Assembly: GCA_046582735.1 (NCBI GenBank)
Contig: JAYGDV010000127.1
Span: forward strand, 1-36,906
DNA: 36,906 nucleotides
DNA from: Planctomycetota bacterium
GTDB taxonomy: Bacteria > Planctomycetota > UBA8108
Direction of reading: 5' to 3'
Shown one piece after another: positions 1 to 8,096 of the stretch; position 1 is the first letter of the stretch; each line of letters starts with the position of its first letter. The notes under the pieces are model-generated. The model saw nothing but the letters and a program-made list of their open reading frames with translations, searched no databases and had not been told where the DNA came from. Position numbers and translations under genes: made by a program.

Positions 1-1
1 T

Positions 2-2236
2 TCCGGACTGGCCACCAGCCGCAGCATTGTTGCCCAGGATTCCTGTGCTGAGGCAGCGGGAATCGGTATAGAGACCATCAACGGCTCCACGCGGGGCGCT
101 CCCCGTGGTGGGGAGTCTGATTGTGGACGCTCCGACAACAGCCCGTCTCACTGGTTTAGATTTACCGCTGAAACCGGCACCCGGATGATGGTCAGTACCT
201 GCGGAAGTGACTTTGATACGGTCCTGTCGGTCTATTCCGGATGTCCGGGCGATGAAATCAACGAGATCACCTGCAATGATGATGCCTGTGTCGCGGGATC
301 CAGGCAGTCCGATGTGGAGTTTGATGCGACTGCCGGGGAGGAGTACCTGATTCGTCTTGCCGGGTACCGTGGTGATACGGGTGACTATACTCTCGAGGTG
401 GCTTCAGAGGGAGATGCCCCCGGGCCGGGCCCCGAGCCGGTGAATTGTGAAGACGTGCAGGAGGTAGGTATCACGGATACAGTGGAGGGGAGCACCTCCG
501 GGTTGAAAAATACCGGCAGCGCATCCTGTGGCAGCTCCACCCGCAGTCCGGATGCGATCTTTCGCCATGTCGCCACGCAGGTCTGTCTGCTGACCCTCAG
601 CACCTGCGGCAGCGATTATGACACCGTGCTCTCGATCCATTCCGGGTGTCCGCCTACCGAGGAGAACGAGCTTGCCTGCAATGATGACTCCTGTGCTCTC
701 CAGTCAACTGTCGGCTATGAGGTCGAGGCCGGCGAAAGCTACTGGATCCGAGTCTCCGGTTACAACGGCGCGAGTGGGAATTTTACTCTTGGGCTCAGCT
801 GTGCGGAGCCGCCACCTGTGGGGGATGGGGCGGATATCACCATCTCGAGCATGAGCAACATCAGGCAAATGAGCCGTCTCTCAGAGGTGGTATCCATTTC
901 CATGCAGTCGACCATCTGCAATATGGGCAGCGAGTCGGTGGACTGGTACGGCAACCCGGACCCGAGGCATCCTTTCCTCGTCTTCAACCTCTACCGTATG
1001 CAGGAGGGGCGCCTCGAGCAGATCGGGCAGTCGTGGGCGAAGCATGGTTTCGCGGCCTCGCAGACCAGCGGAGTTTGTGGACTGACCTGTCGCCGGGACC
1101 CGGATGGGAACCTGGGATCGGGTTGTGCCGACATCTACGGTGTAAGCACGAATGCGTCGCAGAGGACCTTCGGTCCGCGCTACGAGATCAATCCGTGGAC
1201 AGGAGAGTACACCTACGCGGGCTCACATATCGACACCACCAGCTCGAATCATAACCCGATCCAGCATCGCCTTACGGCGCGGGATGCCGATATCGATCCC
1301 ACGGCGAATCCGGATGCACAGTACTTTGTCGAGCTGTTCACGCTTTCCCACGATGACACAGATCACACCAACAGCCTTGGATGGCAGGAGATTGATATTT
1401 CCGGCAGTCCCGGTGGCGAATGGGATTTTGATTTCCGACAGGTGATCGGCAACCAGGGGCCTGCGATGGATGCCTGGGAGGGCGGCAGCCGGACGGTTAT
1501 TCCAGAAGGCAAGCTGGTCGATGATGGCCGCTGCTACCTGGATGTCCATGTCAGCGAGAACGCGGACGGGACCTACCACTATGAATACGCGCTCTACAAT
1601 CTTGATATGCATCGCTCGGCTTCGTCCCTTTCGATCCCGGTCGGGGCGGATGTGACCGTCAGCGGTATTGGCTTCAGCGCGGTCGAGTCAGCAGGGGACG
1701 GTTTCAACAACGCTCCCTGGGGCGCCGCGCGAGATGCCTCGGGAGTGACCTGGTCGACGAGCTCCTTTGCTGAGCATCCCGACTCCAATCCTCTTGGCTG
1801 GGGCAGCCTGTACAATTTCTGGTTTGATGCGAACGTGGCACCTGGAGACGGGGGAGCGACACTCGGTGTTTACAGGACGGATATTGAAGGACCGGCCTCC
1901 TTTTCGGGCATCACCCGTGTTCCGGGGGAGGGCGCCTTGCCGCCTCCGGAGGGGGACCTCTTCCGCCGCGGCGATACAGATGGAAACGGCTCGGTGGAAT
2001 TGACCGATGCGATCCTGGTACTGGACTATCTTTTCCAGGGTTCCCGCGCGCCGGGGTGCCTCGAGACGGCCGACAGTGACGATAACGGAAAGGTTGATAT
2101 CTCCGATGCCATCCGCCTGCTGGGCTGGCTCTTCCTCGGTGGTGAGCCCCTGCCAGCGCCGGGGGCACAGGAGTGTGGGCGGGATCCGACGCCGAGCAAT
2201 TTCGCTGAATGTGTCTATGATTCTGCAAGTTGTTGA
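2..2236 (+). CDS. large exported protein, 5'-truncated at the window edge: two tandem Cys-rich PPC-like repeats, a ~400-aa central domain of unknown function, and a C-terminal dockerin/EF-hand-like pair
   Basis: The frame is open from nt 2. The upstream translation (SCAEAAGIGIETINGSTRG...SDCGRSDNSPSHWFRFTAETGTRMMVSTCGSDFDTVL) is a copy of the second repeat (NCEDVQEVGITDTVEGSTSG...LLTLSTCGSDYDTVLSIHSGC...CNDDSC...YWIRVSGYNGASGNFTL). The true start therefore lies upstream of the ATG at 185. The C-terminus has GDTDGNGSVELTDAILVLDYLF and DSDDNGKVDISDAIRLLGWLF Ca-binding-like loops. Confidence 0.85.
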   Translation, partial: SGLATSRSIVAQDSCAEAAGIGIETINGSTRGAPRGGESDCGRSDNSPSHWFRFTAETGTRMMVSTCGSDFDTVLSVYSGCPGDEINEITCNDDACVAGSRQSDVEFDATAGEEYLIRLAGYRGDTGDYTLEVASEGDAPGPGPEPVNCEDVQEVGITDTVEGSTSGLKNTGSASCGSSTRSPDAIFRHVATQVCLLTLSTCGSDYDTVLSIHSGCPPTEENELACNDDSCALQSTVGYEVEAGESYWIRVSGYNGASGNFTLGLSCAEPPPVGDGADITISSMSNIRQMSRLSEVVSISMQSTICNMGSESVDWYGNPDPRHPFLVFNLYRMQEGRLEQIGQSWAKHGFAASQTSGVCGLTCRRDPDGNLGSGCADIYGVSTNASQRTFGPRYEINPWTGEYTYAGSHIDTTSSNHNPIQHRLTARDADIDPTANPDAQYFVELFTLSHDDTDHTNSLGWQEIDISGSPGGEWDFDFRQVIGNQGPAMDAWEGGSRTVIPEGKLVDDGRCYLDVHVSENADGTYHYEYALYNLDMHRSASSLSIPVGADVTVSGIGFSAVESAGDGFNNAPWGAARDASGVTWSTSSFAEHPDSNPLGWGSLYNFWFDANVAPGDGGATLGVYRTDIEGPASFSGITRVPGEGALPPPEGDLFRRGDTDGNGSVELTDAILVLDYLFQGSRAPGCLETADSDDNGKVDISDAIRLLGWLFLGGEPLPAPGAQECGRDPTPSNFAECVYDSASC
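44..802 (+). repeat. intragenic tandem duplication: two ~120-aa PPC-like Cys-rich modules (about 44-400 and 443-802) joined by a GPGPEP linker
   Basis: Shared motif order in both copies: C...C...STCGSD(F/Y)DTVLS(V/I)(Y/H)SGC...E(I/L)xCNDD(A/S)C...(Y)xIR(L/V)(A/S)GY.G..G(D/N)(Y/F)TL. Confidence 0.8.
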
Positions 2237-2275
2237 GCGCCGGCAGCGTGGCGGCAGGAGCGGAGAGGAAAAAAC

Positions 2276-2995
2276 GTGACCAGGTGGTGGATCCCGAGCT
2301 TGTTATGTCTTCTTCTTGCAGGCTGTTCCTCGGCCCCGGCGGTTCGCGTTTCTTCCGGGAGATTTCATTCTGAGGTCATCGGCCGCTCGGTTGAGGGTCG
2401 TGAGATTACCGCTGAGATTACAGGTGGCCGCGGGCCGGCATATCTCATCTTCGGGGTCATCCATGGTAACGAGCCGGCCGGAGAGCCGCTGCTTAGAACT
2501 CTTCTCGGCCACCTCAAGCTCCACCCGGAGCTTTATGCCGGCCATCGGCTGGTAGTGATCCCGGTACTGAATCCCGATGGCCTCCTCAAAAGGAGCCGCT
2601 ACAATTCCCGTGGAGTGGATCTGAACAGGAATTTCCCCGCGAAGAATTTCAAGAAGAGCAAGCGTAACGGCCCCTACCCTTCCAGCGAGCCCGAGACCAG
2701 GGCGCTGATGAAGATGATCCGCCAGTTCGGGCCAGCCAGGATTCTCGCGGTGCATGCTCCGCTGTTCTGTGTCAATTACGATGGGCCCGCCGTTGGTCTC
2801 GCGAGGTCGATGGCGCAGGCCAGTGGCTATCCTCTCAAGCCGTCGATTGGTTATCCGACTCCCGGCTCACTGGGCAGCTACGCCGGTGGTGACCTGCAGG
2901 TCCCCACGATCACCCTGGAGCTGCCGGCAAAGATTTCTCCCGGGAAAGCGTGGGCGGACCTGAGGCGCGCCATGGAGATCTTCGTCAGCGACTGA
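2276..2995 (+). CDS. M14-family zinc carboxypeptidase/amidase lipoprotein (MpaA-like murein peptide amidase)
   Basis: GTG start preceded by GGAGAGGAA. Lipobox LLLAGCSS. M14 motifs: GVIHGNEPAGEPLL (HxxE zinc ligands), LNPDG, VDLNRNFP, SEPETRAL, ILAVHAP. Confidence 0.85.
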   Translation: MTRWWIPSLLCLLLAGCSSAPAVRVSSGRFHSEVIGRSVEGREITAEITGGRGPAYLIFGVIHGNEPAGEPLLRTLLGHLKLHPELYAGHRLVVIPVLNPDGLLKRSRYNSRGVDLNRNFPAKNFKKSKRNGPYPSSEPETRALMKMIRQFGPARILAVHAPLFCVNYDGPAVGLARSMAQASGYPLKPSIGYPTPGSLGSYAGGDLQVPTITLELPAKISPGKAWADLRRAMEIFVSD

Positions 2996-3006
2996 GAGCG
3001 GCCGGT

Positions 3007-5628
3007 TCAGTTATTTGCCACAACCGCCACCGCAGGCTGCGTGCCGTGACTGGCGGTCTCAAACGAGCTGGTCCATTTTTCCCAGTCCGCTTTCGCGGTA
3101 TTGACAGCCGCTTCCGCCCTGGCCGCTTCTGCCGTGGCCTGCTTGAGTTTGTCTCCCATGGCCTTCAGTGTAGCCAGCTCCTTGCCGAGTACGGATCTGA
3201 GCTCGGTGCCCCTGGCAGCAACGGCCTGTACCTGCCTGTTACTTTCCTCGAGGGCCTTGAGGGAGCTGGCGAGGGCGTCGGCAAGACTGCCGGAAGACTC
3301 CTTCAGGTCCGTAATCAGCTTGCCGGCCTGCTCGGGGTTGCTGAGTTCAAGAGTATCCGTGCCGGCGATGATCTCGGCGGCCTTGCTGGATGAGCCGACA
3401 GCTTTCTCGAGCAGGCTTTTCGCCACCGCCGCCGCGCTCTCTGCCGCTTTCCGTGTATCTTCCGCGCTGGCCTTGATCTGCCCCTGGAGGTTCTTGATCC
3501 GCAGTGCGGCTTCACGGGCGGCAAGCTTGTTTTCTTCGACAGCGACCAGGGTGGTGTTGTGTTCTTTGCGCCGCTGGGCAAGGACTTTCAGCGCCTTGTC
3601 AATCTCTATGGCGGCCTTCCACTTTCCTGAGCGGGCATTAGCCGCCTGGAGACGGGCATTGGCCTCGTCCAGTGCGCCCTTCTGGCTCGAGGCGGCCTCG
3701 CCGGCTGATTTCGCCTGCGCCGTCAGCTGGCTGAGGCGTGCCCGGGCTTTGCTCATCGTACCACTGGACTCATCCAGTGCGGCCTTGGAGACAGCTCTCT
3801 GTTCGAGAGCCCTCGACACCTCGGCGGCCAGCCCGGCGGCTTTTTTCTGTGCCGCCGCCAGCGCCTGGGCGCTTGCCGTGAGCTGGGCCTCATCCTTTTT
3901 CTCTGCCGCAGCAAGCTTTCCATGCTCTTCCTCCTGCCTGGCAAGTGTCGCCAGGGCCTCCTTGAGGCCGGTGGACGCATTGTCAGCCAACTCACGGTTT
4001 TTCTTCAGGTCACCGGCTGCTGCTGCCGAGGCCGCTTCCGCCGTTTTCGCGGTCCCCTCTGTCTTTTCGAGCTCGGCCTGCAGGTTGCGGACAGCGGTGA
4101 GCAGGCGGTTCTGCTCGGCTGCCAGCTTGCTGTGCTCAGCCTTGATTGCCACGAGGGCGGTCTCCGCTTCTTTTGAACGCTGGATGAGCGAGACGGGGTT
4201 CAGGGGGAGCAGGGCAATCCGTTTGCCGTCAGTAGCGCTCCACATTCGGACCTCGCCGTTCCAGTCGCCGGCGATAACCCGCTTACAGGTATGGTCGACC
4301 GCCACCCGCAGCGCGAGGTCACTGAAAGCCTCAAAGGCACGCTGCTGTTTTCCGTTCTGGTCCCAGAGCTTCGCCACCCGGTCCCGGCCGCAGCTCACCA
4401 GCTGGCCATTGCGATGAAATTGCATGGCCAGTGTTCCACCGCCGTGGGCATTCCAGCTGCGGATCTGGCGGCCATTCTCCATCTCCCAGAGACGGATGGT
4501 TGAATCCTCGCTGGCGCTGGCGAGGATGTTCGAGTCGCCCCTCCAGCTCACCGAGGTGACCGGGCCGCCATGGCCTTGCAGGGCCAGGTATTCCCGCCCG
4601 GTAAAAGACTCCCAGATATGGAGGCCGCCGTTGCGGTCTCCGGAGGCCAGCAGCACCCCATCGGGACTGAACTCGAGGGAGAAGATCCAGTTGGTGTGTT
4701 TCTTGATGTCGTGCAGCAGCTCCCCATCGCTGGTGGAATAGATTCTCAGCATCCTGCTGGAGCCGCCTATAGCCACCATGCTGTGGTCGCTGGAGATGTC
4801 GGCAGCGAGAACGGAGTCGTATTCATCGCCGATTTCAACGATTCTTTCTCCCGTACGGACGCTCCATACGACCACCTTGCCTGAATGGGCTCCGCGTCCG
4901 CCTCCGGCCAGCAGGAGCCCGGCGTTGCGGCTGAATTTCAGGATATGAGCAGTGCCTTCAGGAAACGGCAGCACCCCGGCCAGCTCGCTGGTCTCGGTAT
5001 TGTAGAGAAGCACCTGCTTTTGCCCAGCCACCGCCAGCAGGGGAGCCCAGGGGCTGCAGGCCATCGCCGTTACGGCGCTGGTCTGTTGTGTTCTCACCAC
5101 CGGCTCCAGGCTCAATCCCCTGGGCATTGGTGGCGGGCCTTCAGGCTTCGCAGTGGGCTCGCTTACTGACAGCTCGAGCCTGGGCTTTGCAGGTAGTTTG
5201 ATCTTGCTGCTCTTGTTCTCCGGCGCGCCTCCTGCGATCCATTTTCTGACGGTTTCCAGGATTCCGCCGGCGAGCTTACCGCCCTTCGGCGGCATGTGGG
5301 GCTCTTCGAGGTGGGAGATGAGAGCGAAGAGGCGGCTCGAGTCCGGCTCCCCGGGCTTGATCACCTTCCCGGAGCTGCCGCCCTCCATTGCCAGGCCGTA
5401 GGTGTTGAGAGCCAGGCCGCCTTTCTTGCGATCCTGGTTGTGGCATTTGGAACATTGCGAGCGGAAGATCTCGGAGATGTGGTCATCGTAGGTGATCCGT
5501 GCAGCCTTGGCTGCCGCCTCTTCACCTTCTGCCCGGGCATCGGCCGATGGCAACAGGAGCCCGGCCAGCACGAGGAGCAGGAGCGCGGCTTGAGTTTTTC
5601 CGCCGAGATGGGAGCTGCAGGGAGTCAT
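3007..5628 (-). CDS. exported PSCyt1 (planctomycete cytochrome c-like) - WD40 beta-propeller - long Ala-rich coiled-coil protein
   Basis: N-terminal signal ALLLLVLAGLLLPSADA. PSCyt1-type motif IFRSQCSKCHNQDRKKGGLAL with CxxCH. WD40-like blades: HTNWIFSLEFSPDGVLLASGDRNGGLHIWE and GHGGPVTSVSWRGDSNILASASEDSTIRLWE. The last ~390 aa are an A/K/E/L-rich heptad-like sequence. Start is 11 bp after the stop of the upstream gene. Confidence 0.9.
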   Translation of the reverse strand: MTPCSSHLGGKTQAALLLLVLAGLLLPSADARAEGEEAAAKAARITYDDHISEIFRSQCSKCHNQDRKKGGLALNTYGLAMEGGSSGKVIKPGEPDSSRLFALISHLEEPHMPPKGGKLAGGILETVRKWIAGGAPENKSSKIKLPAKPRLELSVSEPTAKPEGPPPMPRGLSLEPVVRTQQTSAVTAMACSPWAPLLAVAGQKQVLLYNTETSELAGVLPFPEGTAHILKFSRNAGLLLAGGGRGAHSGKVVVWSVRTGERIVEIGDEYDSVLAADISSDHSMVAIGGSSRMLRIYSTSDGELLHDIKKHTNWIFSLEFSPDGVLLASGDRNGGLHIWESFTGREYLALQGHGGPVTSVSWRGDSNILASASEDSTIRLWEMENGRQIRSWNAHGGGTLAMQFHRNGQLVSCGRDRVAKLWDQNGKQQRAFEAFSDLALRVAVDHTCKRVIAGDWNGEVRMWSATDGKRIALLPLNPVSLIQRSKEAETALVAIKAEHSKLAAEQNRLLTAVRNLQAELEKTEGTAKTAEAASAAAAGDLKKNRELADNASTGLKEALATLARQEEEHGKLAAAEKKDEAQLTASAQALAAAQKKAAGLAAEVSRALEQRAVSKAALDESSGTMSKARARLSQLTAQAKSAGEAASSQKGALDEANARLQAANARSGKWKAAIEIDKALKVLAQRRKEHNTTLVAVEENKLAAREAALRIKNLQGQIKASAEDTRKAAESAAAVAKSLLEKAVGSSSKAAEIIAGTDTLELSNPEQAGKLITDLKESSGSLADALASSLKALEESNRQVQAVAARGTELRSVLGKELATLKAMGDKLKQATAEAARAEAAVNTAKADWEKWTSSFETASHGTQPAVAVVANN

Positions 5629-5639
5629 GGTTCTGTTTT

Positions 5640-8081
5640 TCAGTGATTGAAGAGGAATTCCCGGGAGTTGAGCAGAGACCAGAAGAGGTCATCGAGAAAC
5701 TCTTTAGGGCTCGGGGCCGAGGCAAGGATCGCCTTCAGCCCCGCCAGCTCCTTTTCGACCGGCTTGCGCGAGAAGCAGCGGATGTAGAGCTCTTCGATGA
5801 TTTGTTCCGGGGTCTTTTTCGCATCGAGCATCCCCTTGATGAGACCGCCGGCGCTGATCTTTCGTTCAACGGTATCGCCATTGAGCAGGTGAAGCGCCTG
5901 CGACAGGTTGGGCTCCATCTGGACCTCGCAGGAGCATACGGTTTCGCGCTTGGCGCGGCCGAAGGCCTGCAGGAAATAGTTGGTGGTGGATCCATCTGCG
6001 ATCTGCACCGCCCGGGCCCCCTTTGGGAGACCGCGGAACTTGTTGCTCGTATTGGTTACCTGCGTGATGCAATCGAGGAGGATTTCAGAGCGGATCCTGC
6101 GAAGCGACGCATGCGAGAAATTGCGAGTGTCCGACTCGTTTGACTTGTTGGTCTGGGTGGCGAACTGGTAGGTTCTCGAGGTGCAGATGTCTCGAACCAG
6201 GCGCTTGAAGTCATATTTGTATTCCGTGAAGCGCCGCCCGAGCTCTCCGAGAAGCTCGGCATTGGCTGGAGGGTTGCTGACCCGGACATCATCGACCTCG
6301 TCAATGATTCCCTTGCCGAAGAAGTGCGCCCAGACCATGTTGGCAAGGTTGGTGGCGAAGAATGGGTTTTCGCTCGAGACCAGCCATTCGGCCATCGCCA
6401 CCCTCCGGTCTTTACCCTTCAGGTCCGGGGTCGTGCCACCGAGGAACTTGGGTTTCATGACCCTGTTGCCGACAGGGTGGCGCACCTCGCCGCCGCGGGA
6501 GTTGAAGACGATGGTCTCCCTGGGATCTTCGGCGCGTTTTCGGCCGATCTGGGAGAAGAACGAGGCGAAGCCGTAATAATCATTCTGGGTCCATCGATCG
6601 AATGGGTGGTTGTGACATTGGGCGCACTGGATCCGCATGCCCATGAACACCTGGGCTACGTTCTCTGTGACCTTCAGGGTGTTGGTCTCATTCTGGTAGT
6701 AATTGGTGGCCGGGTTTTTGAAGGTGCCGCCGCTGGCGCCAAGGAGTTCGCTGACCATCTTGTCCATAGGCACATTGTTGGCGATCTTCTCCTGCAGCCA
6801 GTTGTAGTAAAGCAGCATGGCTTTGTAGCTCACCTGCTGGGAGGACCGGATCTGCAGGAGCTCTGCCCACTTCATGACCCAGAGCTCCACGAATTCTTTC
6901 CTTCCAAGCAGTTCATCGACGAGCTTTGAGCGCTTGTCTTTTTCTTCGCTCGAACTGAAGCGTGCGTATTCCTCCGTAGTGGGCAGGAGGCCAATGATGT
7001 CGAGATACGCCCGCCTCAGGAAGACCTCGTCAGAGCAGAGCCCGGATGGGGCCACCCGCAGCTTCTGGAGCTTTTCCTTGATCAACTTGTCGACATAGTT
7101 GTTTTCCAATACCTGGGGAAATTCGAATTCGAGGTCCTTTGGAAGAACGATGAAATGGCTACCGACGGTGAAGGTGGCGAAGCGCGCCATGATGAAGGCT
7201 TCCCCCCTGGCTCCGGCGCTCACGAGACCTTCCTGGGAGACCTTCGCCGAGGTGTCATTGTTCGAAAGGAAGTAGGCGAGGCTGGTTACGTCCCGGGTGC
7301 TGCCGTCGGAATACGTTGCCCGTACCGTCAGCTTCTGGGTTGCCCCGCTGCCGTTGAGAACGGCATTGGGGGGATAGAACTCGATCCCGGTCGGGTGGGG
7401 GAGGTCCGCAGGGTCGCGCGGGGCCCTGGCCTCCAGCCAGCGCACAAGCGTTCCGTAGAGCTCGGAGTCCTTTTCAAATCGTTTTCCACCGGTATGGCTG
7501 ACCCTTCCGGCACTCTTTTCAAGGATGAGGCTGTCATGAACGAGCGCGAGGTTGAGCCGCCGGCCGTTGAGCTCCCGTGTCAGGCGGTGGTAGTCCCCAT
7601 CCGGGTCGAAACCGAAAAGGGACAGCCTGAAGCCGTCCTTGCCGCGGGCGGCGCCATGGCAGCTTCCGGTATTGCAGCCCACCTTCATGAAGACGGGCAT
7701 GACATCAAGCTTGAAGCTGATGGCCCTGTCGAGGGCGGCATCCTTGACCGTAATCGGCAGAGCGATGGATTTACCCTCGAGCTCGATTCGGAGCTCGGTG
7801 GTGCCATCTTTAACCGGTAGTACGCTGCCGCCTTCGAGTTTTGCCAGGGCCGGGTCGGCAAGGGTGTATTTCGCCTCGGAGGTAATGTCCCGGGTCAGGC
7901 CGTTTGAATAGAGAGCCTGGACAATCACCGACTGGCGGTCCCGCCGGGTGCTGAGCTCGATATCCCCGGGATAGGCAGTGATCTTCACCAGGTCGGCGGC
8001 GTCGATGGGCTCGCCGGGGCAGAGGATCCCTGTTAGAAAGGTGAGGACAGACAGCAATGGGAGATGTCTTGTTATTTTCAC
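5640..8081 (-). CDS. exported PSCyt2 (DUF1549) / PSD1 (DUF1553) domain protein with an N-terminal Ig-like segment
   Basis: Signal peptide LPLLSVLTFLTGIL. Ig-like stretch ITAYPGDIELSTRRDRQSVIVQALYSNGLTRDITSEAKYT. DUF1549 hallmark GCNTGSCHGAARGKDGFRLSLFGFDPDGDY. CAQCHNHPFDRWTQNDYYGFASFF (CxxCH). DUF1553-type C-terminus ending LLNSREFLFNH. Confidence 0.9.
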   Translation of the reverse strand: MKITRHLPLLSVLTFLTGILCPGEPIDAADLVKITAYPGDIELSTRRDRQSVIVQALYSNGLTRDITSEAKYTLADPALAKLEGGSVLPVKDGTTELRIELEGKSIALPITVKDAALDRAISFKLDVMPVFMKVGCNTGSCHGAARGKDGFRLSLFGFDPDGDYHRLTRELNGRRLNLALVHDSLILEKSAGRVSHTGGKRFEKDSELYGTLVRWLEARAPRDPADLPHPTGIEFYPPNAVLNGSGATQKLTVRATYSDGSTRDVTSLAYFLSNNDTSAKVSQEGLVSAGARGEAFIMARFATFTVGSHFIVLPKDLEFEFPQVLENNYVDKLIKEKLQKLRVAPSGLCSDEVFLRRAYLDIIGLLPTTEEYARFSSSEEKDKRSKLVDELLGRKEFVELWVMKWAELLQIRSSQQVSYKAMLLYYNWLQEKIANNVPMDKMVSELLGASGGTFKNPATNYYQNETNTLKVTENVAQVFMGMRIQCAQCHNHPFDRWTQNDYYGFASFFSQIGRKRAEDPRETIVFNSRGGEVRHPVGNRVMKPKFLGGTTPDLKGKDRRVAMAEWLVSSENPFFATNLANMVWAHFFGKGIIDEVDDVRVSNPPANAELLGELGRRFTEYKYDFKRLVRDICTSRTYQFATQTNKSNESDTRNFSHASLRRIRSEILLDCITQVTNTSNKFRGLPKGARAVQIADGSTTNYFLQAFGRAKRETVCSCEVQMEPNLSQALHLLNGDTVERKISAGGLIKGMLDAKKTPEQIIEELYIRCFSRKPVEKELAGLKAILASAPSPKEFLDDLFWSLLNSREFLFNH

Positions 8082-8096
8082 GATGTTACTGGGCCC

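Noticed and set aside
3101-4417. 438-aa + strand ORF antisense to the WD40/coiled-coil gene
   Set aside because: It has an S/A/L/R-rich, featureless composition and lies entirely within the Ala-rich coiled-coil coding region of a gene with clear domain motifs. This is the typical shadow ORF of GC-rich DNA.
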